Made by a program: the position numbers and the translations under genes | Source of the DNA: an uncultured Poribacteria bacterium | GTDB lineage: Bacteria; Poribacteria; WGA-4E; WGA-3G | NCBI GenBank assembly: GCA_951828385.1 | Contig: OX639973.1 | Coordinates: forward strand, 2,407,200 to 2,471,199 | Length of the DNA: 64,000 bases | Direction: 5' to 3' | The notes under the pieces: generated by a model | What the model saw: the letters and a program-made list of their open reading frames with translations, nothing else | Databases searched by the model: none | Told to the model about the DNA's origin: nothing | Shown: positions 48,482 to 58,738 of the stretch, piece after piece | Position numbering within the stretch: the stretch's first letter is position 1 | Layout: every line of letters begins with the position of its first letter

Positions 48482-49906
48482 GTGATGAACCCGGAAGTGA
48501 TTATAAACAAAATATGCAACGCTATTGATCTGATGATCGAAAGCAGTAAGCGATACAAAGGGCTGTTCCCCTCTATTCTACATCCGAAAACGGGTGAGAT
48601 GCTAACGGAGAAACCGCCTAAGATTCCGGGGCAACGGAATGGTGATCGCGCGCATCTCGGTACGAACTTGATTCACGATGAACCGTTGCTCGCCACGATG
48701 AACGCGCTTGCTGAAACTGAATCGAAACCGGAATACATAGCAGCAGTGGATCGCTACTTGGCGCACTTTGCCCAGCATTGTACGCATACGGCATCTGGAT
48801 TGTTCCCTTGGGGCGAACACTCGTTTTGGCAGCTGATTGAGGAACGGGTCGGGTGTTCGCGGAATCCGGCGGGTGGTGCCGCAATTCACGATCATCTGCG
48901 TCAGGTTCCGCTGTGGCTCTGGCAGAAACTGAGGACGTTTAATCCGGCATGCGTGCAGAGTTTCGCTGATGGCTTGGATTATCACTGGACAGAGGGCGAC
49001 GGACTTGAATATATCCGTCATGCAAATATCGACACAAAAGCACATCTCGTTCGCGGTGCTCGGGCGTGTGATTTTCCACGGCATTCAGGCTTTTATATCT
49101 TGGATTTGGCGTTCGCGTATACGCAAGACCAGCGTCCTGAAATCCATCAACAGATCCAGAATTATACCGATTACTGGTGGGAAAAACGGGATGACCGTGG
49201 GCTTTTACGTATCGAAAGTCGTTCACCCAAAGAGGCGGAACGGTTTTTTGAGACGAATGCACCGACACAAACGTTCTCATTGGGGATTAGCCTGCTTGAA
49301 TCTGCAGCATTGATAACATCGCTTCTCCCCGAATTGGCAGACCAGATGCGGCGATACGGTTTGGTCTACATTGACGGATTTCTCGCGGCACCTCATAACC
49401 TCGACACGCGTGAATTTATCAGTTTATGCGAGTGTGAGACGGATCGGATTGTTGAACGTATGTCGGCATGGGGCAGTGTCTACGGTGCCGGGACTTCGTG
49501 CGGTACCGGGGTGTTATGCCTCGGCGGATGGCGGTTGACACAGAATAAGAGGTTGATGGCGTTGGCACGCGCGATTGGTGAGACCTATCTTGATGAGAAG
49601 TTTCCAGTTGACCGTGTTCAGACGGAAGGGTTTAAGATTCCGGCATCGGACACCGGTCTTACGCTTGAGTTGTTTGCAGATCTCTACGACATCACCGGTG
49701 AAGCAGTGTGGTTGGAAGGCGGCATTGAACTTGCAGAGACAGTGTTGGAAGTCTATTTCCCGGAAACACTGCCCTACGGTGCATCGGGGATAGATTGGTA
49801 TGAATCACAGATGGGAGCGGCTTATTTGATTCACGGTTTGGCACGAGTAGCACTATTATCACGGCATCGAACCTGTCCGCTCGCGCCCAATTATACAGCG
49901 CGATAG
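48482..49906 (+). CDS. Hypothetical protein (no family recognised)
   Basis: 474-aa ORF with a good coding pattern. Confidence 0.4.
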   Translation: MMNPEVIINKICNAIDLMIESSKRYKGLFPSILHPKTGEMLTEKPPKIPGQRNGDRAHLGTNLIHDEPLLATMNALAETESKPEYIAAVDRYLAHFAQHCTHTASGLFPWGEHSFWQLIEERVGCSRNPAGGAAIHDHLRQVPLWLWQKLRTFNPACVQSFADGLDYHWTEGDGLEYIRHANIDTKAHLVRGARACDFPRHSGFYILDLAFAYTQDQRPEIHQQIQNYTDYWWEKRDDRGLLRIESRSPKEAERFFETNAPTQTFSLGISLLESAALITSLLPELADQMRRYGLVYIDGFLAAPHNLDTREFISLCECETDRIVERMSAWGSVYGAGTSCGTGVLCLGGWRLTQNKRLMALARAIGETYLDEKFPVDRVQTEGFKIPASDTGLTLELFADLYDITGEAVWLEGGIELAETVLEVYFPETLPYGASGIDWYESQMGAAYLIHGLARVALLSRHRTCPLAPNYTAR

Positions 49907-49923
49907 GCGCACTGAAATGGCAA

Positions 49924-49965
49924 GGAGCACCCTCCTTTTTTATCAGTTAATAAATTTTATCAGCA
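49924..49965 (+). terminator. Weak terminator-like hairpin plus T-run, followed by TTATCAG heptad repeats
   Basis: aggag cacc ctcct ttttttt, then ttatcagtt...ttatcagc. Confidence 0.3.
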
Positions 49966-50006
49966 GAGCGCATTATGCTTCTATGAAATAACATGAAAGG
50001 AAAATC

Positions 50007-50783
50007 ATGGCAAGAGTACCGATTGGTTTAGAACTGTTTTCTGTCCGAAATGAGTTAGCGGAGGATACCCGCGGCACGATAAAAGCGGTCGCAGAGATGG
50101 GCTACGAAGGTGTTGAATTCGCCGGTCCACCCCAACATCCCGCGCAAGAGTTGAAAGGCTATCTTGACGAGTTCGGCTTGGTCTGCTGTGGTTGGCACAC
50201 ACCGTTCAACCTCGTCCAAGAAGACACCCTCGCCGAAACGATTGAGTTCAACAAGGTTCTGGAGAACCGTTATGTCATCGTCCCCGGTATACCGGGCGAA
50301 CTGCGTCAGTCGCGTGCGGATTGGCTGAAATTGGCGGATGTCTTCAATGAGATCGCTGATAAACTCGCCGCGCACGATATGGTGACGGGGTATCATAACC
50401 ACCACGTCGAGTTTACACCGCTTGATGGTGAACAACCGTGGGACACCTTCTTCGGAAATACGAATGAAGGCGTTGTGATGCAGCTGGACATGGGCAATGC
50501 GTTGTCTGGGGGTGCGGATCTCGTCGGCATTCTGGAGAGATATCCCGGACGCGCCGGCACAGTCCATCTCAAACCTTACGACGCATTAATAGGTGAGACA
50601 GACAGACACGCCGGTTTCCGTCCGATTATCGGTGAGGACAGTGTACCCTGGGATGAGATCTTCCGTATCTGCGAAACGACCGGTGGCACGGAATGGTACA
50701 TCGTCGAATATGAAAGCGATGCCTACCCGCCAATTGAGTCTGTTGAACGCTGTCTAACTGCACTCAAGGAAATGGGTAAATAG
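50007..50783 (+). CDS. Sugar phosphate isomerase/epimerase (xylose isomerase-like TIM barrel)
   Basis: IGLELFSVRNEL...GYEGVEFAG and the family pattern. Confidence 0.6.
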   Translation: MARVPIGLELFSVRNELAEDTRGTIKAVAEMGYEGVEFAGPPQHPAQELKGYLDEFGLVCCGWHTPFNLVQEDTLAETIEFNKVLENRYVIVPGIPGELRQSRADWLKLADVFNEIADKLAAHDMVTGYHNHHVEFTPLDGEQPWDTFFGNTNEGVVMQLDMGNALSGGADLVGILERYPGRAGTVHLKPYDALIGETDRHAGFRPIIGEDSVPWDEIFRICETTGGTEWYIVEYESDAYPPIESVERCLTALKEMGK

Positions 50784-50917
50784 CCGCCAGCCATCGTTGA
50801 TTTTGTAGCATAATTTGTTAGATTGTGGCTATGAGAGCGCAGACTAACAGTCTACGCTACAAAATTCCTGTGAATAATGAACCCGTTAAACAATTAGGTT
50901 CCAACCGGAGTAGACTT

Positions 50918-51676
50918 ATGAAAGCTTATTGTGCAAGCACCCTTCCATTTTCCCCTTTTCCTTTGACGGAATTTGTGAGCGAGTTATCTGAAGGCGGTGT
51001 GTCTGCCATTGAACTCGCGCAAACCCATTTTTCGGATGTGGAAGCCGAAGCTATTGAGGCACTTCGAGAAGAGACTGGACTCAATTTCAAATCCATGCTA
51101 AGCACGGTACGCGTTGACGCGCCAGATGGGCTTGAAGCGTTAATCTCGATTCTTGACACTGCCCAAAGGCTTTCCGTTCCAATCGTCAGCATCGCGAGTG
51201 GTGGCAATGAAACCGCCACCGCTCGCGAGATTGACACGATTATTGAGCATCTCAAGACAGTCACAGCAGAAGCACAGGCTCGGAATCTAACCCTTGTCCT
51301 CTATGTGCATGAAGGGAGTCTCGCCTACAACCTTGAACGCACGCAGATGATCCTTAACGCGATCCCTTCCGAAAATCTTGGCTTTTACTACAGTCCATTT
51401 CATTTTCATCGCGCTGGAGACGATCCGGTTGTCGCTTTGCGAACGTTGTCAGAACGGCTGGTTAGCGTCTATTTCAACTGTGGTGTCGATTCGCAAACAG
51501 GCAGCGAACCGTTCTGGGCACCAGAGATGGATTTTCCTGCCATTTGCCAGGAAATAGACCGTGTCGGTTACACAGAAGAAATCATGCTCATCTATTTAGG
51601 ATTGAAGGCGGAGACACCACAACCAATTATTGAAGGTGTCTTAAACGCACGTGCGAAGTTAGAGACCTACTTTTAA
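50918..51676 (+). CDS. Sugar phosphate isomerase/epimerase-like TIM barrel protein
   Basis: Same family pattern. The start was moved to MKAYCAS. Confidence 0.45.
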   Translation: MKAYCASTLPFSPFPLTEFVSELSEGGVSAIELAQTHFSDVEAEAIEALREETGLNFKSMLSTVRVDAPDGLEALISILDTAQRLSVPIVSIASGGNETATAREIDTIIEHLKTVTAEAQARNLTLVLYVHEGSLAYNLERTQMILNAIPSENLGFYYSPFHFHRAGDDPVVALRTLSERLVSVYFNCGVDSQTGSEPFWAPEMDFPAICQEIDRVGYTEEIMLIYLGLKAETPQPIIEGVLNARAKLETYF

Positions 51677-51747
51677 CACTCCCTCGTCAAATCCCCATGC
51701 TTTAGCTTGCGGGATGTAGACGGCGAAGACTCTGATAGAAAACATAG

Positions 51748-51776
51748 TTGACAATCTAATCATAATGTGGTATAAT
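51748..51776 (+). promoter_or_regulatory. Perfect TTGACA-17-TATAAT promoter driving tnpA
   Basis: ttgaca atctaatcataatgtgg tataat. Confidence 0.55.
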
Positions 51777-51809
51777 ATACTATACACTATAATAGAAAGG
51801 TCCGATATT

Positions 51810-52229
51810 ATGCCTCTCAAAATCGCTAATAAGAAACGTAATTACAAAACAAGCAACAAGACAATCTATAGTTGTCAATATCACGTGATTTGGTGTACCA
51901 AGTATCGTCGTAAAGTTTTGGATACACAGATACAAGGTCGCCTGAAACAACTCATACGAGAAAAACAGGACGCGTATGAATATCAAATCTGTGAGGTTGA
52001 AACTCAACCTGAACATGTCCATTTGCTAATAGAAATACCGCCAATACATTCTATTGATAAAATCGTTGGCAAAATCAAAGCCTATACCGCTAAAGTTTTG
52101 CGAGAAGAATATCCGTCATTGAAAAGTCGTTTACCCTCTCTGTGGACACGTTCAAAATTTGTAAGTTCTTGTGGAGGTGTAACGCTCCAAGTCATGAAGG
52201 ACTATATTGAAGGCCAAAGTGGACAATGA
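51810..52229 (+). CDS. tnpA: IS200/IS605 Y1 (HUH) transposase
   Basis: YHVIWCTKYRRKVL (HUH region), HVHLLIEIPP, and the catalytic Tyr region KIKAYTAKVLREEY. Confidence 0.85.
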   Translation: MPLKIANKKRNYKTSNKTIYSCQYHVIWCTKYRRKVLDTQIQGRLKQLIREKQDAYEYQICEVETQPEHVHLLIEIPPIHSIDKIVGKIKAYTAKVLREEYPSLKSRLPSLWTRSKFVSSCGGVTLQVMKDYIEGQSGQ

Positions 52230-53338
52230 GAAAAGCCAGCAAGTTCAAACTTCAGAATCAATCGAACATCGTCAAAATCGGCAATATGCTTGACGATATG
52301 TGGCAGATACACCTGCATATCATGCTTTTACAGCGTAGGTATTATCGCATGTTCGGTAAAAACCTGTCCGCATCTCGGATCAACACACATATTGCGAAAC
52401 TCAAGAAGCGGACAAAACCCCATTGGGCAGACTTGCCGAGTCAAGTTGTGCAAGACGTTGTTCTGCGATATGGCAAATCACAAGACGCATTTTTCCAAAA
52501 CATAGAAGACCGCAAAGCAGGTAAGACGAGACGTAAAGTGGGTAGACCGAAGATCAAACCGAGACACAAATACACCTCTATGACGTTCACACAAGCCGGC
52601 TACACACTTGAAAACAATCGTATCAAAATCAACTGTATAGATACGTGGTTCTCCTTCCACAAACACCGTGAAATCAACGGAACAATCAAGACGATCACAC
52701 TCAAACGGGACAGGTGCGGTGACTATTGGCTCTGCTTTTCGTGCGAGAATGTTGACGATTCGGAACCGAAACCCAAGACGGGTAAGAGCGCAGGGTTTGA
52801 TTACGGAAACAAAACATTCCTGACAAGCGACGAAGGCGATAAGATAGAATCTCCGCAGTTTTTCAAAGAATCCCTGAAAACGTTGCGATCCCTGAGCAAA
52901 GCCCTGAGTCGTAAAGTCAAAGGTTCTAACAACTATTATCGTGCGTGTCGTGCTTTGGCAAGGCACCACAGAAAAGTCGCCCGCCAAAGAGCAGATTGGC
53001 AATGGAAACTTGCCACCAAACTTTGCACGGAGTTTGATATACTCTGTTTTGAAACACTGAATCTTGACGGTATGAAACGCCTTTGGGGCCGCAAAGTCTC
53101 TGACCATGCCTTCTATCAGTTCATAGAGATATTGAAGCAGAAGTGTGCCAAACATGGTAAAAAACTTGAGCAAATCAGTCAATGGACTGCGACAACAAAA
53201 CCGTGCAGTGATTGTGGATACAAAAATGAAAACCTTTCTCTTTCAGATAGACAGTGGACATGTCCGGAATGTGGTTCACACCACGATAGAGACGTAAACG
53301 CTGCGATTAATATCAAACGGGCGGGCTTGGCCGCCTAA
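52226..53338 (+). CDS. tnpB: TnpB (OrfB) RNA-guided endonuclease
   Basis: RuvC-I AGFDYGNK, RuvC-II FETLNLDGMKR, zinc finger CSDCGYKN...CPECGSHHDRD, and RuvC-III DVNAAINI. Confidence 0.85.
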   Translation: MRKASKFKLQNQSNIVKIGNMLDDMWQIHLHIMLLQRRYYRMFGKNLSASRINTHIAKLKKRTKPHWADLPSQVVQDVVLRYGKSQDAFFQNIEDRKAGKTRRKVGRPKIKPRHKYTSMTFTQAGYTLENNRIKINCIDTWFSFHKHREINGTIKTITLKRDRCGDYWLCFSCENVDDSEPKPKTGKSAGFDYGNKTFLTSDEGDKIESPQFFKESLKTLRSLSKALSRKVKGSNNYYRACRALARHHRKVARQRADWQWKLATKLCTEFDILCFETLNLDGMKRLWGRKVSDHAFYQFIEILKQKCAKHGKKLEQISQWTATTKPCSDCGYKNENLSLSDRQWTCPECGSHHDRDVNAAINIKRAGLAA

Positions 53339-53339
53339 A

Positions 53340-53470
53340 GTGGAGCGATACTAAGACGGGTTTTCTCTTAGAGAAAAGCGCAGTCGCGAGGAAGCACAGG
53401 TTTCCCCTACCTTCAGGTAGTGGGTACCTATGACTTAAAGACACTTCATACCTGTGGTCTCTCAAAACTC
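53340..53470 (+). ncRNA. Candidate omega/reRNA scaffold and right end of the IS
   Basis: By analogy with IS200/IS605 TnpB systems. Nested stem-loops sit immediately 3' of tnpB. Extent not determinable here. Confidence 0.3.
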
Positions 53471-53813
53471 AACGCCAATGTGCTGTTTGTTTTTTCCAAA
53501 TTTCTTTAGCGTATTCCTATAATTACTCCCGCTTCTCAAAAACCCTTTCAAAAGTGTTCAAACGTCTTTCACGGACACTCATTGTGTGTTTTCCCTCCGC
53601 AATCGGGGTTTATCCTGCGTTCAGAACCGATACTCGCAGAACAACTTCTAAAAACCCTGATTTTTTATTTTTTTTTTTCAAATGATGTGAGTTTTCCGTC
53701 CAAAGCTTCGTCTTTAATAATAGAAGGTATGAACCGTATCGCCCTACGTAGTTTTACAAGATGCGGCATCTGATTAAACCTTTCGGCGGATACGGACACG
53801 CCCCCACTGTTTA

Positions 53814-56351
53814 TTGGAAGGACACCTTGTGGAAAAAGAAAATGATGTTCAACTGATTCAAAGAATATTATCAGGCGATGAAGCAGCGTTTGATGTCTTG
53901 GTCCAAAGGCACCAGAAGAGCGTGCACGCCTTGGCGTGGCGGAAGATCGGCGATTTCCATGATGCTGAGGAGATTACACAGGACACATTCCTTCAGGTAT
54001 ACAAAAAACTCCCGACACTCAAGGACCCTTATAAATTTGCTGGGTGGTTGTATGTCATCACAAATCGGCTTTGTCTTGATCGGATGCGGCAGAAAAACCT
54101 TACGATACAATCGTTGGAGGACACACCTGTGGAAGAAGTTGAAAAATCCTCTTATACCCATCACGTATCGGAACAACGGCATACAGAAATCACCGAGCGT
54201 CGTCGTGCTATCGTCAAAAAACTTCTCGAAAAACTCCCAGAGAGTGAACGGACAGTCATGATCCTCCATTATCTCGGCGAAATGACGGTGAAAGAAATTA
54301 GCAAGTTCCTGGGCATCTCTGCAAACGCAATTCATAACCGGCTGTATCGGGCACGAAAGCGGTTACAAGAGGAAGAATCCCTCCTTGTTGAAGAAGTTCT
54401 CGGTGGTGTGCAGATACCGGCGAGTGTCAGCCAAAACATTATGCAGCGGGTCGCTGACATAAAACTCGCGCCGCAAACAACTCCAAAACCCGTTACTCCG
54501 TGGATCGCTTTCGGTACCGTTTTCCTTCTGCTTGCATTACTCCTTGGGGCGAGCAATCAATACCTCACCCGTTTTCAGAAACCGTACAGTTTCGAGGCGA
54601 CATCTGAACCGACCATCGCCATCGTTGACGCCCCCGTCGTTCTTGAGACCGACGCGAAACCCGCACTGCGAAGTCAAGTTGGACAGGATACCGCCTTAAA
54701 TCAAAGAACTGGTGCAGGCTTACATGGATCTGAAACTGTCTCAACAACGGGGTTACCGAAGCAGCCAGAAAATATTGAGGCATGGATGCCAGATGAAAAT
54801 CTACGTCGGGCTATCAAATCTGAACTCAAACTTGGCGATATTCCGCTTGAGATAGCACATCTCCGGCAACTTGAGCGGTTACTCAGTATTGGGGACAGCA
54901 TAGAAAGTATTGTCGGCTTAGAACATGCTGTCAATCTTAAAATTCTACATCTTGCGCCCAACAAAATCTCGGATCTCACACCACTCGCGAACCTACACAA
55001 CCTTCGGATACTGAAGCTCTATCTCAACAGACTTGTAGACGTTTCACCCCTTGCGGGATTAGTAGGTTTAGAGACTTTGCATCTACAAAATAACGAGATC
55101 GTTGACATCTCACCCCTTGCCGGACTCGTCAACCTAAGGGATTTACAACTCGATGGCAATCACATCGAATATTTTTCACCGCTCGCCGGATTAACAAAAC
55201 TTCAGGTCCTTAGGATTAACGACAACAGAGCGATCGATATTTCATCTATCCGGACATCCAATTTGACAGAATTTCTGTATGATCCGACCTTTAATATCCC
55301 AGAGATTCCGAACCGTGACCGGATCATGGCTCGCCAGTATCCATCCGTTTTCGCAGCCTTGCATAACATCGTCAATTTACCGACGCTCTCATGGGACGAA
55401 AGATTAGTCTACCACGACCTGTATTTCTCTAACCCTATGTTTGGGCTTCATTGGCGGTGGACTCCTACAAGAATGAAAATCTCTGGAAATTTTCGGACAG
55501 CAAAGCAACAGCGAAATACGATGCTTAAAGAGAATCCAAATATGATTTTTCTCGTCGGGATTTATCACTATGGTACACAAGATACATTCGTTCAGCAGGC
55601 TGTTGAAGTTGCCAAATGTGGCATCTATGATGGTATCTTTTTAAATTGGTGGCAAGGCGAAAGGGTTGATGCAAAAGTTGCTATACTGCAGAAAATTCGT
55701 GAAGTGGTTAGAGATGATTTTCTCATTATCGTCAACGGGCTTCGTTCTAAAGCGCCACACTTAGCCCCCTATGTCAATGGCACATTCATGGAAACGAGAC
55801 GGGACCATCCACAGAGTTACACGCATACCGAACTTCAAGAGATTGAAAGCACTTTGCTATGGTCAGAGAAAAATCTTCGATCTCCACAGATTAATTCCTT
55901 AGAGGGTTGGGGACTCGCTGAAGAACCCTTAGATTCACCGCGTAACCAGCAATGGATGCGGGTCTTTACAACCTTGAGTTTAACGCATTCTGACGGCTAT
56001 GTTTCATACGTAACGGGGATTTCATCACTCAACCACACACATCATTATCCCATTTGGAAGGGACATTCCGACGAACACGCACAAGGAAAACTACACGATC
56101 ATACGCATCAGCACTACTGGTATGATTTCTGGGATGCGGATCTCGGCCAGCCAATAGGTGGAAAAGGACAGCGCTACCGCGATCGCGCTGGGTTATTCAT
56201 TCGGGAGTTTACCAACGGATGGGTAGTCTATAACCGCAGCGGGAAAGCACAGCGGATCCAGTTGCCGATGCAAGTCGCTGGTGTTACGAGTGGTATCACC
56301 AGCACATCACATCCTGTCCCTGATTTAGACGGTGAGATCTTCCTAAAGTAG
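53814..56351 (+). CDS. ECF sigma-70 factor fused via a single TM helix to an extracytoplasmic LRR plus TIM-barrel glycosidase-like domain
   Basis: Sigma region 2 (EEITQDTFLQVYKKL...AGWLYVITNRLCLDRMRQ). Region 4 (LPESERTVMILHYLGEMTVKEISKFLGISANAIHNRLYRARKRL). TM helix VTPWIAFGTVFLLLALLLGA. LRRs (L..L.L..N.I.D.SPLAGL). Conserved C-terminal domain shared with 56536 and 58739. Confidence 0.65.
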   Translation: MEGHLVEKENDVQLIQRILSGDEAAFDVLVQRHQKSVHALAWRKIGDFHDAEEITQDTFLQVYKKLPTLKDPYKFAGWLYVITNRLCLDRMRQKNLTIQSLEDTPVEEVEKSSYTHHVSEQRHTEITERRRAIVKKLLEKLPESERTVMILHYLGEMTVKEISKFLGISANAIHNRLYRARKRLQEEESLLVEEVLGGVQIPASVSQNIMQRVADIKLAPQTTPKPVTPWIAFGTVFLLLALLLGASNQYLTRFQKPYSFEATSEPTIAIVDAPVVLETDAKPALRSQVGQDTALNQRTGAGLHGSETVSTTGLPKQPENIEAWMPDENLRRAIKSELKLGDIPLEIAHLRQLERLLSIGDSIESIVGLEHAVNLKILHLAPNKISDLTPLANLHNLRILKLYLNRLVDVSPLAGLVGLETLHLQNNEIVDISPLAGLVNLRDLQLDGNHIEYFSPLAGLTKLQVLRINDNRAIDISSIRTSNLTEFLYDPTFNIPEIPNRDRIMARQYPSVFAALHNIVNLPTLSWDERLVYHDLYFSNPMFGLHWRWTPTRMKISGNFRTAKQQRNTMLKENPNMIFLVGIYHYGTQDTFVQQAVEVAKCGIYDGIFLNWWQGERVDAKVAILQKIREVVRDDFLIIVNGLRSKAPHLAPYVNGTFMETRRDHPQSYTHTELQEIESTLLWSEKNLRSPQINSLEGWGLAEEPLDSPRNQQWMRVFTTLSLTHSDGYVSYVTGISSLNHTHHYPIWKGHSDEHAQGKLHDHTHQHYWYDFWDADLGQPIGGKGQRYRDRAGLFIREFTNGWVVYNRSGKAQRIQLPMQVAGVTSGITSTSHPVPDLDGEIFLK

Positions 56352-56481
56352 CGACATCGCCTACAGATGCCGATAGCGATGGAACGTCAACATCTTTAAC
56401 CCCGTTGCCATCGAAAATAGTTTTTATAGTGAAGCCCGAAAATATGTGAACATTCCACGGTAGAGATCCGCACGCCCCACT

Positions 56482-56510
56482 CGTAGGGGTTGGGTTACCC
56501 AACCCCTACG
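56482..56510. other. Perfect 29-bp palindrome cgtaggggttgggt t acccaacccctacg (14-bp stem)
   Basis: It lies between the first and second LRR paralogs. No U-tract follows. Confidence 0.5.
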
Positions 56511-56535
56511 GTGCCCCGCGGATGCACAAATAATT

Positions 56536-58602
56536 ATGGGCTTTACTATAACTCCAGAGAGACAAACGAATTCCTACTACCCATATAGGAGAATACGCCT
56601 TGTGAAAATTAATAGATTCATATTTGCAATTATATTCACCGGATTGCTACTGATTGTCACACCCGGAGGCATCACACACGCCCAAGAATGGATGCCGGAT
56701 GCGATCCTCCGCCATGCCATCTCCGAGAAGTTGGGGATTGAAACACTAACGATTGCGGATATGCAACGCCTCGATCACTTTGTGGCTGATGGTAAATTCA
56801 AGGCTGATCTTAGAGAAATTCAGAGTCTTAAAGGGTTGGAACACGCCATCAATCTTAAATTCTTAGCCATCAATTTTACGAAAGTGTCGGATATAACACC
56901 GCTTGCGGGACTCGAAAATTTACGCGGCTTAGGGTTGGGTCATAATAGGATTACGGATATAACACCCCTCGCCGGTTTGATACACTTACAAGAGTTGAAC
57001 TTGCAAGATAACCAGATTTCAGATACTTCGCCGCTTAAAGGGTTGGTGAACCTCAAAGTGTTGGACTTAGCAGGAAATCAGATCGTCGATTTTACACCGA
57101 TTTATGGGCTTACCGGCATAGAAACATTACGTCTGGGTCTGACAGGATCAGGGATATCTTTAGACTCAGAAGTCTTGCAGAGGCTGAATCCGGTAGACGG
57201 GCCAGTTGTTTGTGAAATAGCAAGAGCACCTATACACTCTCGCCTTGAAAACATAACGTACCCATCAGTTTTTCAAGCCTGTGGGGATATAATCAATCTG
57301 CCAGAACTTTCGCGGGCGGAGGGGATAGCGTATCACGATCTGTTTTTCTGCCGTGAAACATTCGGGTGGACTTGGATTCCTACGTCAGGCGGAAAACTGA
57401 GATTAAGAGGAGACCTTGAGGAGGCCACGAGAGCAACAGATCAAATACGCTCTCAGAATCCAAATATGCTTTTCCTTACAAGCATAGAGTACTATGTTGC
57501 GAATCGAGACGAATATCCAGAAGATTGGCCATATTGGTTCAGAAATGGATCCGGAAATAGATTAGAAATTACGGGATGGGATCAATATGTAAAAGACTTC
57601 ACGCATCCTGCTGTGCAAGAGATGGTTATCCAACAAGCGATTGAAGTTGCAAAATGTGGGGTTTTTGACGGAATTGCCATAGATCATTGGGCGAAGGCAC
57701 TTGAAGGATATATAACCGTAGAAGAAGCCGATACCGCAAAGGATCGTATCATACAAGGGATTCGTGATGCTGTTGGTGAGGATTTCTTGATACTGGTAAC
57801 GACGACTAACACGATTGGCACGACTATTCCGAGGCATGCGGAATATATCAATGGACTTTTCATGGAAACTTATGAAGATTATGAGGGCGGTTATACCTAC
57901 GCAAAACTTTCTGAAATTGAAAGCACGCTGTTGTGGGCTGAAGAAAACCTCCGAGAGCCGCAAATCAACTGTTTGGCAGGCAGGGGCGTTAGGAGCGAAC
58001 CGCTGGATTCTCCGAGAAATCTACAATGGATGCGTCTGTGGACGACGATGAGTTTGACGCATTCAGATGGCTATGTCATGTTTACTATGGGAGGTGGCCT
58101 TGACCATCCCCCCCACGTCTTTGAATTTTTGCCGGGTCATGCGGATGCTCATGCACAGGGCATACGTCACACTCACCAAAACACGAAGTACTGGTACGAC
58201 TTCTGGGAGGCGGATCTCGGTCAACCGGTTGGTGGCGACGAAACCAAAGCGCAGCTTTATGAGGATCGCGAGGGGTTGTTTATCCGGGAGTTCACTAACG
58301 GTTGGGCGGTGTATAATCGGTCTGGTACAGCACAGGAGATAGAACTTCCGCAGGCGGTTTCCGGCTGGTCGAGCGGTGTGGAGAATCAACACCGGCATAC
58401 GTTGGCGGATTTGGACGGTGAGATTTATTTGAAGGTGCCCGTCGTGATGGCGGATGTCAATGGTGATGGCACGGTGAATGTGTTGGACCTCGTCATCGTC
58501 GCTAATGCGTTGGGGGAAGCGGCACCGGATATCAATGGCGATGGCACCGTTGATGTCTTAGATTTAGTGTTGGTCGCGAACGCCTTCAAAGACCCCCAAT
58601 AA
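56536..58602 (+). CDS. Secreted LRR plus glycosidase-like domain protein with a C-terminal dockerin type-I repeat pair
   Basis: Hydrophobic leader. LRRs. A conserved core ([14 protein letters not shown]...LTHSDGYV...[14 protein letters not shown]...[14 protein letters not shown]). [14 protein letters not shown] / [14 protein letters not shown]. Confidence 0.6.
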   Translation: MGFTITPERQTNSYYPYRRIRLVKINRFIFAIIFTGLLLIVTPGGITHAQEWMPDAILRHAISEKLGIETLTIADMQRLDHFVADGKFKADLREIQSLKGLEHAINLKFLAINFTKVSDITPLAGLENLRGLGLGHNRITDITPLAGLIHLQELNLQDNQISDTSPLKGLVNLKVLDLAGNQIVDFTPIYGLTGIETLRLGLTGSGISLDSEVLQRLNPVDGPVVCEIARAPIHSRLENITYPSVFQACGDIINLPELSRAEGIAYHDLFFCRETFGWTWIPTSGGKLRLRGDLEEATRATDQIRSQNPNMLFLTSIEYYVANRDEYPEDWPYWFRNGSGNRLEITGWDQYVKDFTHPAVQEMVIQQAIEVAKCGVFDGIAIDHWAKALEGYITVEEADTAKDRIIQGIRDAVGEDFLILVTTTNTIGTTIPRHAEYINGLFMETYEDYEGGYTYAKLSEIESTLLWAEENLREPQINCLAGRGVRSEPLDSPRNLQWMRLWTTMSLTHSDGYVMFTMGGGLDHPPHVFEFLPGHADAHAQGIRHTHQNTKYWYDFWEADLGQPVGGDETKAQLYEDREGLFIREFTNGWAVYNRSGTAQEIELPQAVSGWSSGVENQHRHTLADLDGEIYLKVPVVMADVNGDGTVNVLDLVIVANALGEAAPDINGDGTVDVLDLVLVANAFKDPQ

Positions 58603-58738
58603 GTATGAGTCATGCGACATCATTTATCGGAAATAGTATAAGATCCACCCTAATTCCATAAAAAAGGTTCTGTTTATACAAAAGATTACGCGATTATTTA
58701 TCAAAGTTACGTTACACAAACGAATGAGGTAAAGCCCT

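Larger units (their letters stand above)
51700..53470 (+). mobile_element. IS200/IS605-family element (tnpA + tnpB); boundaries approximate
   Basis: Y1 HUH transposase followed by TnpB. Subterminal hairpins ttttctc tta gagaaaa (53361) and ctacct tc aggtag (53407) lie downstream of tnpB. Confidence 0.6.
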
